NCBI GenBank assembly: GCA_965644295.1
Contig: CBFFRP010000280.1
Span: 124,001-188,000, forward strand
Direction of reading: 5' to 3'
DNA length: 64,000 bases
DNA from: Paraphysomonas bandaiensis
Lineage: Eukaryota; Protista; Chrysophyceae
How positions within the stretch are numbered: position 1 is the first letter of the stretch; every line of letters begins with the position of its first letter. Positions 50,617 through 64,000 of this stretch are shown piece after piece. Below the pieces are notes generated by a model that was not told where the DNA came from, searched no databases, and worked only from the letters and a program-made list of their open reading frames with translations. Position numbers and translations under genes: made by a program.

Positions 50617-53600
50617 ATGCAGCAGAGTCACCTGGATAGTTGTGCAGTGGCTCATATCCCTCAGTCTCCTGGATACTTTAAAGCAGAGGTATTTGAATGG
50701 CAACGGTTCGTTCCTCTATATAGATGGAGGTTTTTCAAGTACACGAACACGGCGGGTGTGACCCTCCACGAGACAGACCTGAGTAACACATCTCCTCCAC
50801 GAGATATGATGTGGGCGTCAGAGTGGAGACAGACAGCACAGAAGAGTGATGAGGGTGATGGATGGTCGTATATTGCTACTCTAGAGCAACCTGTGGAAGC
50901 TGGAAAGCGTTTTTCGCTGCCTCATCGCAGGGGTTATCGAAAGCGACTCTGGACTCGCTTAATTCGATTTTCGAGTGTGATATCATCGGCAGCCGAGGTA
51001 TTCTAGCGTGATACTATATGTATCAAATATTTATTTTGATGTATAAATAATATATCGACAGAAACAAAGTATACCCGAGATTCCTTCGCCTTATACGTTT
51101 CACATTCGCAACTCGCGTGACCAAAAACTGAAAGGCGGCACAGCTATTTCACATCCGGAATCGCCGGAAATAATTTATGCTGTAGTTTATGAAAATCAAC
51201 GCCTTGGGCGGGAAGGTAGCGACTTGATATGGAGTGCCCGTTTTCTATCTGGGAATGATTGGCCTGCGTTTTCCAATGAATCTGGGACACACAAGGTATG
51301 CTCTGCTCACTCGCCACAGTTTGATCGTTAGATATAATTTTATATGACTACAGCTACCCTCACTCAGTGAGGTTGCGGTCCAGTGGGGATACGTGTGGGA
51401 TGAGCCGTGGGTAGTGGAGCAGTTGAAAGGGCGGACTGACTCAAAGGGATTTTTTTATGCCCAGAGCTTTGCTGAGATGCCGAGGGCGATGACAGAGTTG
51501 GGGACGATAAAATCTAAAACGTCTGTCTGGTGCCGTTCCAGAAAATGGCGTCGGCGAATGACGGTACTCGTTATTGTCTGTTGCAGTGATTCTGAAATGT
51601 GTTGCCTACAAGGAGTATTAAGTCTTGTGGCATTTTTACAATACGCTTAAAGTGAGTACTAATATTTGTTGTTTTATTGCTCTTCGCAGAGGCTTCGAAT
51701 TGCCGAAGAAAAAGAAATTGCAGTAGCAGGATCTCTTGGGCCTCCTCCCTTTACGTTGATTATTCGATTATTGCGTATATCTGATACAGAGCTCTCAGAT
51801 GGAGTTAAAGTTGAGATATCCGTAGGAAATTCCATCGTCGGCATCACAGATGGGAGTGAGGATTGTGCATGGAAGAATCAGGGCGAATTTTCTGTGGCAT
51901 TAACATCGCTTGTACCAGTGAGTCTACGATTTACTGTGACGCAAGAAAGTTACAAAAACAGGCATCGATCAGGGCTCATTGGGCGCGCCGTAGACGATAA
52001 CCTCATGTACAATAAGTTGTGGACATGTGTCAACAGGTTTTATTTTGACGCTATATTGCATTCTTAACATGTGATATCAGGAAGGTTACCGTACGCCTTC
52101 CCATCTACCCTGAAAGTAATTTACGATCATCTGGTATTCTGGAGGTGGAGTTGGAGCTAAACGAGCGGTATTTATTTTATCTATCGTCGTCAACTGATGC
52201 ATTATCCACTGCTATCACTCATTTCCCTGAAATCGATCAATCTCCCCAAGACTACCTCGCCAGATTATTAAGTCAGTACTGTAAACATTTAGAATTTTTT
52301 CGAAAATATCCTGATAATGTATCATCTTGGATGAGAAGCCTAATACCACGTGCAGACGGAACGCCATTCCTTATGGCGACGTCTAGGTCTGACCTAGCTG
52401 ATATATTTTCTCCCTCTCTGTATACAGATGTACATGACTTTGTATACCATCTTTTTCCGCTCTCTACGTTGGTGGTGAAGGAATCACTACTACAACTAAC
52501 AGAATTCGGTCTTTGCTCTGCTGATAATGAATTATGCGAGAACCGTGGTCTACAAGTACCAGTCTACCGCAGCTTATTTCATATTGCTCGCAGAGTTGAA
52601 GCAATTGACAGTGATAGTAGCCTGCAGTGGACATCAACGCTTGTTACTCAAGACAAACTGTCTCACACGTTTTGCTGGGATAATGAGTATGGATATTTGC
52701 GGTGGATGCGATTTATCGGAAACTCGTTACGCACACACACCGTAGATGTGGAAATAAGTTGCATGAAACTGAATTCAGAATTCGAACGTAAACCAGTAAT
52801 TCTGTGCTGCCGGGCAGCAGACGATGATTATACGGTGTCCTGGCGTGAATGTAAAACAGAAAATAATACTGGATCAGTTTCACGCTGCTACAGTGTCTCA
52901 GATATCCGATTGGTTAAATCAAGTTTAGACTATGAATACTTGACAACGTATGCTCTAGATGTCGACGTTACTTCGTTTGCCGTTTTAGAAGCTCCTCCGG
53001 GCGCAACTGTGATGATTACGTTACTATCACCGAATGGGCAAAGCCAACGTTTGTGCACCAGAAGTACTCATTCGCACGAAATGCCCAGTGCATACGACGA
53101 TAATGTTGGAAATGTGCGATTTTTTCTATCACCGGGTGATGTATGCGACGGTGACATCATAGCCTCTATCCATATTTGTTACAGTAGTAATATTGCTATG
53201 CCCCATACAATTGGGGAACTTCGTGTTCCCATTCGCGAACTTGTACGAAATAGCCTTTTTGGATCTGATTGCTCCGATGCACCAAAGAAAGAAGCACAAT
53301 CTCAACCTGAAAAGTCCCAGCGATCAGGCTTTGATGACTCTCAACTGAGTTTGAATGTGCCAACTTACCACCACTATAGCTTAAGTCCTCCACGACATGC
53401 TATTAGGTATGACGCTATTATGCTTTCATGACCTCACGCGTGTATCAGTTTTACGTTCGTGAAGGGAGAAAGATTGCTTGGAGTAAACTTGGATAAAACA
53501 TCGGATCCGTACTGCATTCTTCAGTTTACAGATTATATCGGAAATCCAGTATCTCAGAGAACATTCAAAACGAAAAGTATAGAAAGAAATTTGAATCCGG

Positions 53601-56600
53601 AGTGGAAGCAAACAGTTGTGTGTGGCTCTGAGTATGGCTTTTTAACTGCTGCATTTGCCCACATTGAGGTGAATATGAATACATTTAAATTTCCATAAAA
53701 TAACAATCTATAGATATGGGACAAAGACATTGTGACATCAAACTCATGTTTGGGTGAAGTTTACATCCCGCTGCAAGAAATCTCTGAGGAAATGCGTGAA
53801 GTAAGATACGATATTCTTTGGAGCCCTAAAATGGGAAATCTTTCCCGTACAAGTGGGTAATTTTATCTAATTATATTTTGTATCACAGCTTTTATTTTAT
53901 AGAGGAGGCCTCTCTGGGTTCGTTGTACATTGGGAGTAAAGTTATTTATCCTTCGACATCTCTTCCGGGTATTATAAAGTTTTGTGTTGCTGACTGATTA
54001 ATATGCATGTAGGACACAGCAAGATTTCGTGTTACGGAGAAATAACCGTGTCGTCGAGTTTATCTGTGTGAGGCGTTTGTTTCATGTCACCATTTGGTAT
54101 CGTAACCTGTGATGTGTAGTCCTGTAGCCACATCCGCTATATGGATGTGCCGCGTAATTTCAGAACATCGATCATGTCGAATGTTACAAGATACGTCTTT
54201 AAATTTTTCCAAGTTGTTTGGGTGCATTGTTCGTCGAAATTCCCCTGGGCTGCGTATTGTTCCGTGTGATTCTTTTGCTAGACCTTCACATGGTGAAAAA
54301 TATCGGCATGAACACAACAGGTTGAATGATAGCTATTACCCTTTGCGTATGGATGAGTTTCGTTGCAGAGTACATCCGCCACGAAAGCACACGTCACCTA
54401 AAGAAGACGATGGGGCAGCTGAGTATATTAGAAGCTGCAAGGAAGCAACTAAAGATGGGATTATAATTCCATGGTGCCAGGTTTTGTCTGTTGGATTGTG
54501 ATGTTGTAGTTAATAACCTTTCAATTAGGTTTCTGATGTGGAACTTGTGTCGCCACACAGTGTTATTGTCACTGCTATTATTCACCGATGTTTTTCACGT
54601 GAAACGGATTTGGTATATAGAGCAGCTAAGGTCGAATTTCTTGTAGGCCCTTGTCCAGCATATAGGTATGTATATGCACTCAGTTGATTGTGGCATGTGC
54701 TTACGGATCAACACTGGCAGCTTGAACTTGTTAATACAAGAGAGTATCAGTTGGGTGAGTCCTATTTATAGTGTTGGGAGCTGCCGGGATGATCGTGAAG
54801 GGGACAGGCAGATGTTGTGCGAAATAGCTGACGCAATTTACGAATCATTTTTGTACCTCAATCATCTTCGGAGCAAATGGAGTAATAATATTTCTGGCAG
54901 CAACAAAGCGATGCTATCACTGATGCAAAGACAGTATTTTCGCTGCAGCATGATTATAAATTCACGCAAACCTAGCTATTCCCAACTTCGCATCGCTGAG
55001 ACATGGAGCTGTGGATTGTCACGGCACATCAGTTTATTGGTTGCACTATATTCGCTTATATATCAGTGCTCAACACTTGCTGGGTTTGAACCCAGTTATA
55101 ATGAAGACGCTATTGAAACCTGGGTCGACAGCAGTGGTGCGGCGTTTGGCTGTCAAGCATATGACGATGCGAACAGCAATCCGGAAATCATTGGGCGTCA
55201 GTCGAAGTTGTTAGAATCCGATATGGAGAAAGTTCGAGAGTTTATGAATGTTGTTGGTGGATATTTATTAGATCTTATATTATGCAGCTGGTTCCATTTA
55301 ATTGAACCAAAAGCATCAACAGTCAGGGAAGAATTTGCGGATCGAATTTCTTTAGAATTTAATGCCCGCCCTCAACTGGCATCGCTGTTAGAAATTGGTA
55401 TAAATGGGTGCTATAATAGAGTGGTTAGTCTCATCGGAAGGTTTGTTGATTCGGGAAACTTTGAGAAGCTATCCGGTCAACAGAGTAAATTGAGTTTAAT
55501 TGCGTTTGTAGTACACCAAAACAATGGACTAATGGACGTTTTGACTAATACTTTATCAGCTATTGGGCTACGCTTCTCTCAACAACCGAAATTATCTGTG
55601 GCACTAAATATAGAAAGCTTGTTAGGCCGTTTTGCGTATGTGCTATCCTCAGAGTTGAAGTTATATGTGTCACGTGCGTTGGAGCCGGAGTCAATGGATT
55701 CACCTCTGCCGTGGTCCGTTGCTGCTATTGACGGTGCCGTCTATGTTGGGCCTCTACCTGAATCTATTAACAATCTTTTTCTAACGTATCTGCGCATGCT
55801 GACGCCCATGTCGATGTGCAGCAATTGCAGTAGTCTGACACACATATTGAAATTAAATCATCTTATTATAAAAGCTGTTTTGAATTCATATTTTTTATTG
55901 ACATGCCGATTGAGTGAGGTATTGAAGAACTGTGGAGATACAATTGGAGATAGCTTGGCCGACGTCAGCAGTGATACCGTTAGCGATTTTCTGTATTTTT
56001 TATGCAGTGTTGCTAATGACTGTTGTAGAGTGAGCAATACTCACTTATCATTGTTATTGAAGCAATATTCTCTTTGTTTAGCTGTTACGGATGAGTATGA
56101 CGATAATGAGCGCAATCTATCGTCTGAACTACAGGATGATATCAACAGTATTAGAAATGAATTACGGTCAGAGTTAGATCGCGTATGTTGGACAGCGGTA
56201 GAGCTTGTCACGAAAATGATATTTATGGATATAGGAGATCTATTTATCGATGGATTTGAGAGCATCTTAACTGAATCGTTTCCGTTGGAGTCGATATTAA
56301 CAACTCTAGAAGATTATTTTGGAGACCTCAAAGTTTCCCTGATGCCTGATTGCATGTCGATGATGCTGCTCTCTTGTGGCCACAAGTTAGTTCACAGGTA
56401 TGGACAATGCACGTTGTGCAGAGGATAAATTGTATTTATGGTAGGTACATATTATTTTTGTACGATTATGCGAGAGGAATAAAGAGAGTTCACGGTTATG
56501 ATACGAGCATGGTATGTATTTGGAATACTGTACTCACAGCTATCTTCAATCGTGAGTAATATTTGTTTGTGGTTTAGGTTTTTTTTCCAGTCTTAGCTGA

Positions 56601-58410
56601 AATTATACGTCGTAAGAAAATTAGAGGTGGAATCTCAAAGGAGAGTGGTGGTGCTATCAAAGAGGGTGATGCAGAGCTACAATCTCTTGATACCGAATCT
56701 GTGCACAAAGTCCGCAAAGATACCCTATTCATAGCGAACATGCTAAAAAAGTTTTGTGTGGATAAATATCAAGTTTTTATTATAGATCTTGAATTTCAAC
56801 AGTTACATGTACGATGGTATACATCTTATTTTATTTTTCATTATGATATCATTCAGAGCCTCTTGGATGTTGTTGAGCATTCCGACTCGTCGACTGATTT
56901 CTTTCAGTCATTAAGTGAGGTAAGAGTTAGAGTAGTAGTGATATGGACTCAGGCTGATGAAATGATATGATTCTAGTTCGGAAAGATGTGCAGTTATGAA
57001 GACGAAGCACTTTTATGCGCAGTTGTTTTGAGAGGCATGAATTTCCAACAGGCAAAAGCTTTTGTTGCCAGCGTTATTTCTGCTCATAAATCGTCATCCG
57101 CGGGTATTTTTATATTCACGATTACATCATATACTAGTTATTCTAGTTTACAGGAGCTAAGCCAATATCTTGGGAGTCTTGTGCGTTACGCTATGCCTTC
57201 ACGGTAAGCTCGACTATTTTTTCAAACTGAACTCTTAGTCGTTGTCGTCTTAGAGCCATAGAGTGAATGCCGATGAAGTTGAAGGTTTAAACACCAATTG
57301 TACAGCTGTCTTTTTATATCTTCGTGCAGAACCAAGTCCAGAAAATCGTTTTGAGAATTTAACGAAATTATTAGAGGAGCGGCAGGTATAGTTCATATTT
57401 TGATTATTTTAGTATATCTTGACTGATCGTTCCGGCAGCGTGGAGAACTTGGACATTCGAATCTACGGAAGCTGCTTGGGCTGCACGGACCACTAATGGG
57501 GCTAAATAACTGCACATTAGTGCCGGCGAGTGACATTTCTCACAACCAGTCAACCTCAAGTTTGAAAATTAAGGTTTGCTAGCTGGCAAGGATATAAATG
57601 ACGTCAGAATTCTAATTCATTTCGCAGTTGTCAGACTTGCAGTGCAGAGGACTACCAGCAGTAACAAATAGAATTGGTACCACCTACCTTTTCCTGGTAT
57701 GTAAGTGTTCCGGGTAGAAGTAAAAGAATTGATAGTGAAAATGCAGCGGATAGGATGTAACCGACTCAATGGCCAACTGAAGACGGATCGTATTCTCAGT
57801 TGCGCCTCACCGAAGTGGACAGAGACATTTGACATGGATATTTCTACTCGCATGGTTACTGGTAATTTCCATCTGTTTTAATTTCTAATTATATAGTTAG
57901 GGCCAACTAGTCAGCCTTGTATTTGAAATTGTAGAAGTGAACAGTGTTGTTGCAAGGTGCGTTTCCCGAAGTACTATGGACACTAACTCCTCTGTATTAT
58001 TACTGCATATATGCAGATATATGCTGTGTAGAGAATTTGTACTAATGTAAATCTTATTGCCATTGCAGATATAATTCGTTGGGATCGTGTGAATTTGATA
58101 TGTCTCACGTAGCTACTGATCATTCGCATCTGAAGTTATGGTTGGATATACATGAGCCTATAAATGAGCAATCGGCACTGCGATATTTTCCAGTTATTTC
58201 AGGCATTGTAAGAGGTACTCAGTTGCTATCATGTAAGTGGGCACTTTAGTACATATCTTCCTATGTGATTTATTTGCAGTGAAAAGCACCAGATCAATGA
58301 AATCATCTGGGTCAGAGGCCGAAGGTTTTCACAGTAGCAATGAGAGTGATATTGATCACAAGCGACCGTCAATGCAGCTTCATGTTAGCATCAGCTGGGA
58401 ATATAGTTAA
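50617..58410 (+). CDS. Large multi-exon protein: 2x DysF domains, C2 domains, Sec6/EXOC3-like helical region, C-terminal C2
   Basis: DysF motifs VFEWQR..W / DGWSY..RKRLWTR and VYENQR / D.KGFFYA..RSRKWRR. C2 motif SDPYC...FKTKSIERNLNPEW...IWDKD...LGEV. Sec6-like LPESI, SVANDC, KMIFMDI and ILTTLEDYFGDLK. Terminal C2-like KTDRILSCASPKWTETF...SLGSCEF. Stop at 58408-58410. Confidence 0.72.
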
Positions 58411-60111
58411 ATTAACTACTGTAAATATATTCGAATTCGGCCAATGTATTACATGTCGTACAAGGTAACACATTGTCTCACGGTGATCGCATATTCATAG
58501 CATTCTACGAAATGTTGTATCATGTAACTCCACAAGATTCCACTATACATCATCAACTGGATTAATCTGCAATGAGTGCCTACGGATAAAAGCTTTAAAC
58601 GCTTGTTCTATATCTGGTACTGACATTGGGACGGTACAACTTAATAATTTAACATTAAAATTACTCATGAACAAATAGTTAAATATTGTGATAAACATAT
58701 CTCATCTTATGTTGTCTTTCACTAAATTTATATCATCGCTAATACTAATCAATATTATTATCTTAGAATAATCAATATATTTCAATAACATAATTCATAT
58801 AATTCATTTCTTCATTTAACACTGCGTTCAACTACTGTAGTCTTTAAGTAACAGTCATCGTTCAAATACCTTAAATACAGCGTTCAATTGCTACAAAAAA
58901 GCTAAGCTCAACATTATACTACTGCCTATCATATACATACACTGATAGGCTTTCCTCAGAGTGTACGTCCAAAGGATTCATCTACTTTATATGACAGAAA
59001 GGAATTAGGAAACTGTTGAGAACTAGCTTATGCCTTATATTAATCAGCATAACTGCTGCATTGTTATTACTTATTCTATTCCTTACTGTATACATATTGA
59101 ATGTGCAGAAGTTTATGATACTAGTATGTCAATGACACTTCACCAGGGTGATATATAGAAGTTCCATCGGAATCTAATAAGTGTTTATTATAACAGCAAG
59201 TGAGTAATTGACCACGTTGACTCTTCTCTTCATACTAAAACTCCACAACATAAAACGTCCATAATTTCTTTATTCAGACGTGCCATGCAGCTGTTTGATC
59301 ACTGCGTTATGTGCTTATAAGAAATTATTCCGACTCATATGTGAATCGAAGAAACTGCTACTCTCACATATGATACTTACTATACTCACGGGGTGTGTTA
59401 CGATTTCACTCTCTCGCAGTGAACTCCAACACTTGCTACCATGTCACAATCTTTCATACTGCTCTCCATCAAGAGCTTCATGGGAAAAATTAAAGGTTTT
59501 CAACTCCACGTCCACCACTAGGGTGCAGAGCATCTGTGTATGCATGCATGTCACCCATTTGGCCCACCCAGCCGTCATAGAGCTGCTATGATTGCCATTT
59601 TTTTGCATTACTGTGTAGATATACGTATACGCTATGCTGCATGCAGTGTATCAGTGTCGGATGTATCATTCTTGATTTGCTCACAGACGCACAGAGAGTA
59701 GCTAACACTGTTATTGGGAAAACACGCGTCCCGAGCAGCACATCACAGTTGATATCTAGATATCTAAGATTTTTGTAGATTCTCCAGTTTTTCCACAAAA
59801 TACTCTGAAATATAGATCCACTAAACTCCACTTTGTCAATATACAAAAAACTCCTTCTGGAATAAATCCAATGGACCAATTATATATTCGAACCGTAAAT
59901 CAATTGGACTACAATCGTGGGAGTGGGTCCGGGTGAGTATGATGATCTTCAGTGTCAGTATGACGTAAGAATCAGCTAATTTCCACACCTCTAATTTTTC
60001 ATATACAAAAATACGTAAAGTCTTGACAGCATCTGCTCGTCACACATCTTGCTTATCACTATTAACAACTGCCATAATTACTGTCTTCCACACTCATTAC
60101 ATAATAACAAC

Positions 60112-61204
60112 ATGAGAAAATCAGTACAGATTGTACGTAATCTTCCCCTGGGTATGACTGGATATCGAGGAGTGTGGAGGGGCTTATCTAGCTTCCCAGT
60201 TGATAGTAATGGAAAGGACTCATCTTGTTCGTGTTGCGGAGGGGATCATCCCACTCATCAACATAAATTCGACTCTTTTACGGCGGAGAAGAAAAATAGT
60301 CCTGTATGGGAGTCAGTCAGAGTAAGTGACTCCATTCATTCATATCACTTATGATTCTAACTGTATAATGCATACAGTCATTCAGTACCACAACTGACTC
60401 ATTTGATTCAGTGGCATCTGGTGCGCTGACTGGTAATGATGACACCTACACAACTTATGATGGCGAAACAATTGATATTTCAAATGTGGAGGATCCTGAC
60501 ATCGCAAAATTGCTCCAGAATAATAGAGATTGGGTGGAGCGAGAAAAGAACAGTGATCCCAATTTTTTCAAGAAAATTGGAGCTAAACAAGTACCAAAGT
60601 ATTTGTAAGTATTTAATAATATAGTGTTTGTGCGGAGACTTACTCGTCGATTTCAACTTGTAGGTATATCGGGTGTTCGGATAGCCGCGTTCCTGCTAAT
60701 CAAATCCTGGGTCTTGGTCCTGGGGAGGTATTCGTGCATCGCAACGTCGGAAATCTTGTTATTGGGTCTGATCTTAACGTTTTATCGGTCGTTGAGTTTG
60801 CGGTCAATGTTCTTGAGGTGCAACATATAATAGTAACTGGACATTACGACTGTGGAGCAGTCCGAGCGGCAATGACTACTCAGGATCTCGGCCTGCTGGA
60901 GAACTGGATTCGTCATATTCGAGATGTTCACCGCATGCATCACTCCAGCATGGATATGATTTCTGACGATGAACTCCGCCACAAGCGCCTTGTTGAGCTA
61001 AGTGTGATCGAGCAGTGCGTAAATCTTTTCAAAATCGCTGCTGTACAGAAAAAGCGTAAGGAGTACCACGGGAAGAAGGGTAGCCCTGTGTTCCCCAAAG
61101 TTCACGCCATGGTATTCGACCCTAAAGTGGGTTTGTTGAAAAAACTACCTGTCAATTTTAAGAACATTATCCGTAATTATCAGCACATATACAATCTTTA
61201 CTAA
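60112..61204 (+). CDS. Beta-class carbonic anhydrase, probable mitochondrial presequence
   Basis: KYL|YIGCSDSRVP, GEVFVHRNVGN and GHYDCGAV supply the Cys/Asp/His/Cys Zn motif. Arg-rich, acid-free N-terminus. Two GT-AG introns. Confidence 0.96.
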
Positions 61205-62618
61205 TTCGATTGTGTGTTTGGGATGGCGTCGAGTACATTGACTGATTTTGGTATTGAATTGGTACTAAGAGGGAATTAATATCGTGCAATATTTTGATAT
61301 ATACTTTCTCTCTAATTAAAGGAAGATTTTCTTGACATGCCACTGATTTAAGTGTTTAACGCACCTACATATTGTTACTTCGATACTATACTAGATGTAT
61401 TTTCTGTAGGCTATCATTGTCATTTCATATTCTGATAACGAATTCGCAGATAATACAAATCGCCAAGTTTAACAATTTCTAACAAAGTGAGCAAAAGCAC
61501 AGCACTCAATTAAAATGGCGATGAACCTATCTTATCATTCGTTGAAACTCGCCACCTTAATTAGCTGCACCGCAATCACGCAATCACAATACTATTCCAT
61601 TTATCTTACACATTTCATAATACGTCGTCAAGTCTGTATAACGCAGCTTTCGACTTCTGAATTCATCACTAACAGTTATAAACCAGATCTCTTACACTAT
61701 AATGTTTACTTGCTCGACTTTAAGTCATAATTTACATTACAAAATTAACACGACTTTGTCGACCGAAACGCTATTGCGCAATTACCAACATTCTGCTGGC
61801 CTCAGCATAGATGAAACCTCAACACAATCCTCGTCGTCCAGAAGGGCTCTCTTGCAGAAGAAAATATGTATCTATATCTACAGTTTGATCGCCAGTCTAT
61901 GTGCTCTCTACCCAATGGTACTTCGCCTCTATTTGTTGTGAACGCTTTGATATACTGGATGAAGTGTTAAACTTCGTGCACTTTATCCATCTAGGAAGAA
62001 TATAGCAGATAACGCCCCCACCAAGTGATACAACTTGTAGACTGCTGTAGACTCTAGATCATCATCATAGTCGCATTATCCCGCCATATGGTAACATAAG
62101 AGTCATTGGAATATACACTGCCAGTCTCATCCAACAGCATACGTACAGATAATTATAAACTCCCTCATGAGTGTCTTGCTCGGTGTATGTTGCTGACAGG
62201 GTCAAGGCAGAGGTGACCTCAACTGCCAGTATCTTCAGCATATCTGAACATGCGGCATACCTCCATATACAGTACTGTATACATGCGACACTGTACATAG
62301 CATATACTGTCTGTATACTGTATACTACAACTGCATATGCTCCACACACACCACATATATACGTACCTACAGTATACTATGATCGTCCTGCTGTACATAC
62401 AGCAGCCATATCATACAGTAGTATCCTGCCTGTTTAAACGTGTGTATCACATGAGTAGATGGTAGTGTTCATATATATCATACAGCAAGAGTCTCAATGA
62501 AAGCTATGAGCAGTGGAATTAATATCTGTCTGAATGGAGTATCAGACAGTGTTTACATGTGAAGCGTTTAATCACAGTTGTTTGTATATCACTCTTCAAT
62601 CATCAGTACATCCACACA

Positions 62619-64000
62619 ATGAAATCCAGTGATATCATCTCATTATGTATTAACAGCCTGTTATTTGTGGCGTACATTACCATATCAATGTATTTGCTTC
62701 ATTATTACCATTGTCGTCGTACTGAATATTATGTCAAGGCACGCGGTGTCAAAATGCTCATGCATTACGGTAAGTGTTTCATAGATCTTCGTGATGATCG
62801 GCGTTATGTTTGTGTTTTTAGGTATAGTTAATACAATTGTAGTCAGTATTCTTATTGCTAGTGTACAGTGGAATGTATTCCCTTGCGAAGTAATTCATAT
62901 AGTTGGTTTCTTATTCCCATCCCTCTTCATGGTACCAGTTATTATCCGTGCTATTAAAGTTATCGCCATATATGAAGATAATCGCCTTGTATTGAAATAT
63001 ATAAAATTTCGGTACATGTTTCCTATTATCGTAATACTCAATGGGAGTTTGGGGACAATTGGCTCAGTTACCAGTCGCAGTCTCAACGATGAGTTGGTTA
63101 CCTACAACGATACGTGCATTATTTTTCATCATTGGATATATTTTGTCATCGTACTGGTATTTTTTAAAACAATTATGGTTAGCCTATATGTACGTTTGCG
63201 GACCGTTCATGACAGATTTCATGTCGCTCGGGAGCTGGCAGGCCACTTTCTAGTATTTACAACGTTTTCGGTGTGTTACATCACAGTAGTAGTTCTCGTT
63301 AACTTTCGGGTTGTAACTGCAATGGGGATCGCGAGAGTAGTTGCACCTCAGTACTGTGTCGTGGTGGTAGGAGTCGTGGGAATGTATCTTTCATTTGTGG
63401 AACCAATCCGAATGGGTTTTTACAACAGCAATATATCTGTTGGTAGCAACTCAGTATTAAATACTACTTCAACGTCGCCCATAATGTCACATGCATACGA
63501 TTATCCCCCTGAGACCTCTGTGAATATAGGTGACCTAATGCGTGACCCTCGTATGAAAGAAGGGCTATATATAGTTTCTAAACGTGCATTGTGCCCAGAG
63601 TTGATCCACTTCCTCGATGACACGATTGCATACAAGGATGAGGCGCTCTCATTGATGGAAGGTAGTAACCCACTATCTTTTCGGTCTGAGAGAGATTTGT
63701 CACCCTCGACGCCTCCTGATATCGAGAAGCCGTTGCAGTGTACGCCTCCCCGGGCTACTTTACACACTATTGAGTTAGAGGGCAGGGAAAGAGAAACTGT
63801 CCACAACAGGTCAGTTTCAATAATCGAGTTCGTGTCTCGGATACAGTCGCTGTCTAGCGCTGTTTCCTCCACTCAAAGAGAGGGAATTGAATTAGATTCT
63901 CTAACCGAAAATCTGCACGATAGTTATTTGAGCATTATTCACACTTATGTGGAAAGTAATTCTCCGCAGGAAGTAAATCTCAGTTTCGCCGCACGCATGG
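62619..64000 (+). CDS. 7TM-RGS protein (GPCR-like membrane domain + RGS box); runs off window
   Basis: Intron 62770-62821, then an open frame to the window end. Multiple hydrophobic helices and LRTVHDRFHVAREL, then RGS motifs LMRDP...LCPELIHFL...YLSIIHTYVESNSPQEVNLS. Confidence 0.82.

Noticed and set aside
61780-62349. Possible small spliced gene on the minus strand
   Set aside because: No coherent reading frame or domain could be built.

Overview
Gene-dense eukaryotic nuclear DNA with short (~45-65 nt) spliceosomal introns and the standard genetic code. A signal-peptide-bearing ferrochelatase suggests a stramenopile with a complex plastid (ochrophyte, possibly chrysophyte); this is inference. 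Housekeeping genes are proline iminopeptidase, LYAR, NACA, Mpv17/PMP22, ferrochelatase, beta-carbonic anhydrase, an auxilin-like J protein and an ankyrin protein. Several unusual signalling/trafficking genes also occur: a true Cys-loop, nAChR-like pentameric ligand-gated channel; a 2xDysF-C2-Sec6-C2 (Munc13-topology) protein; an HPS5/TECPR2-like WD40 protein with a PDZ domain; a 7TM-RGS protein; and a ZZ/RING E3 ligase with a duplicated helical module. Mobile or accessory DNA includes a Mutator-like transposon with a 9-bp TSD and an in-frame internal deletion, a 365-bp MITE, two fragments of one LINE family, a hAT transposase relic, and two P-loop NTPase pseudogenes, one Crinkler-type with its nuclease segment tandemly triplicated. 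Promoters share an alternating purine/pyrimidine block and an ATATCTAGATAT-like palindrome. All domain calls come from motif recognition by eye, not database searches.
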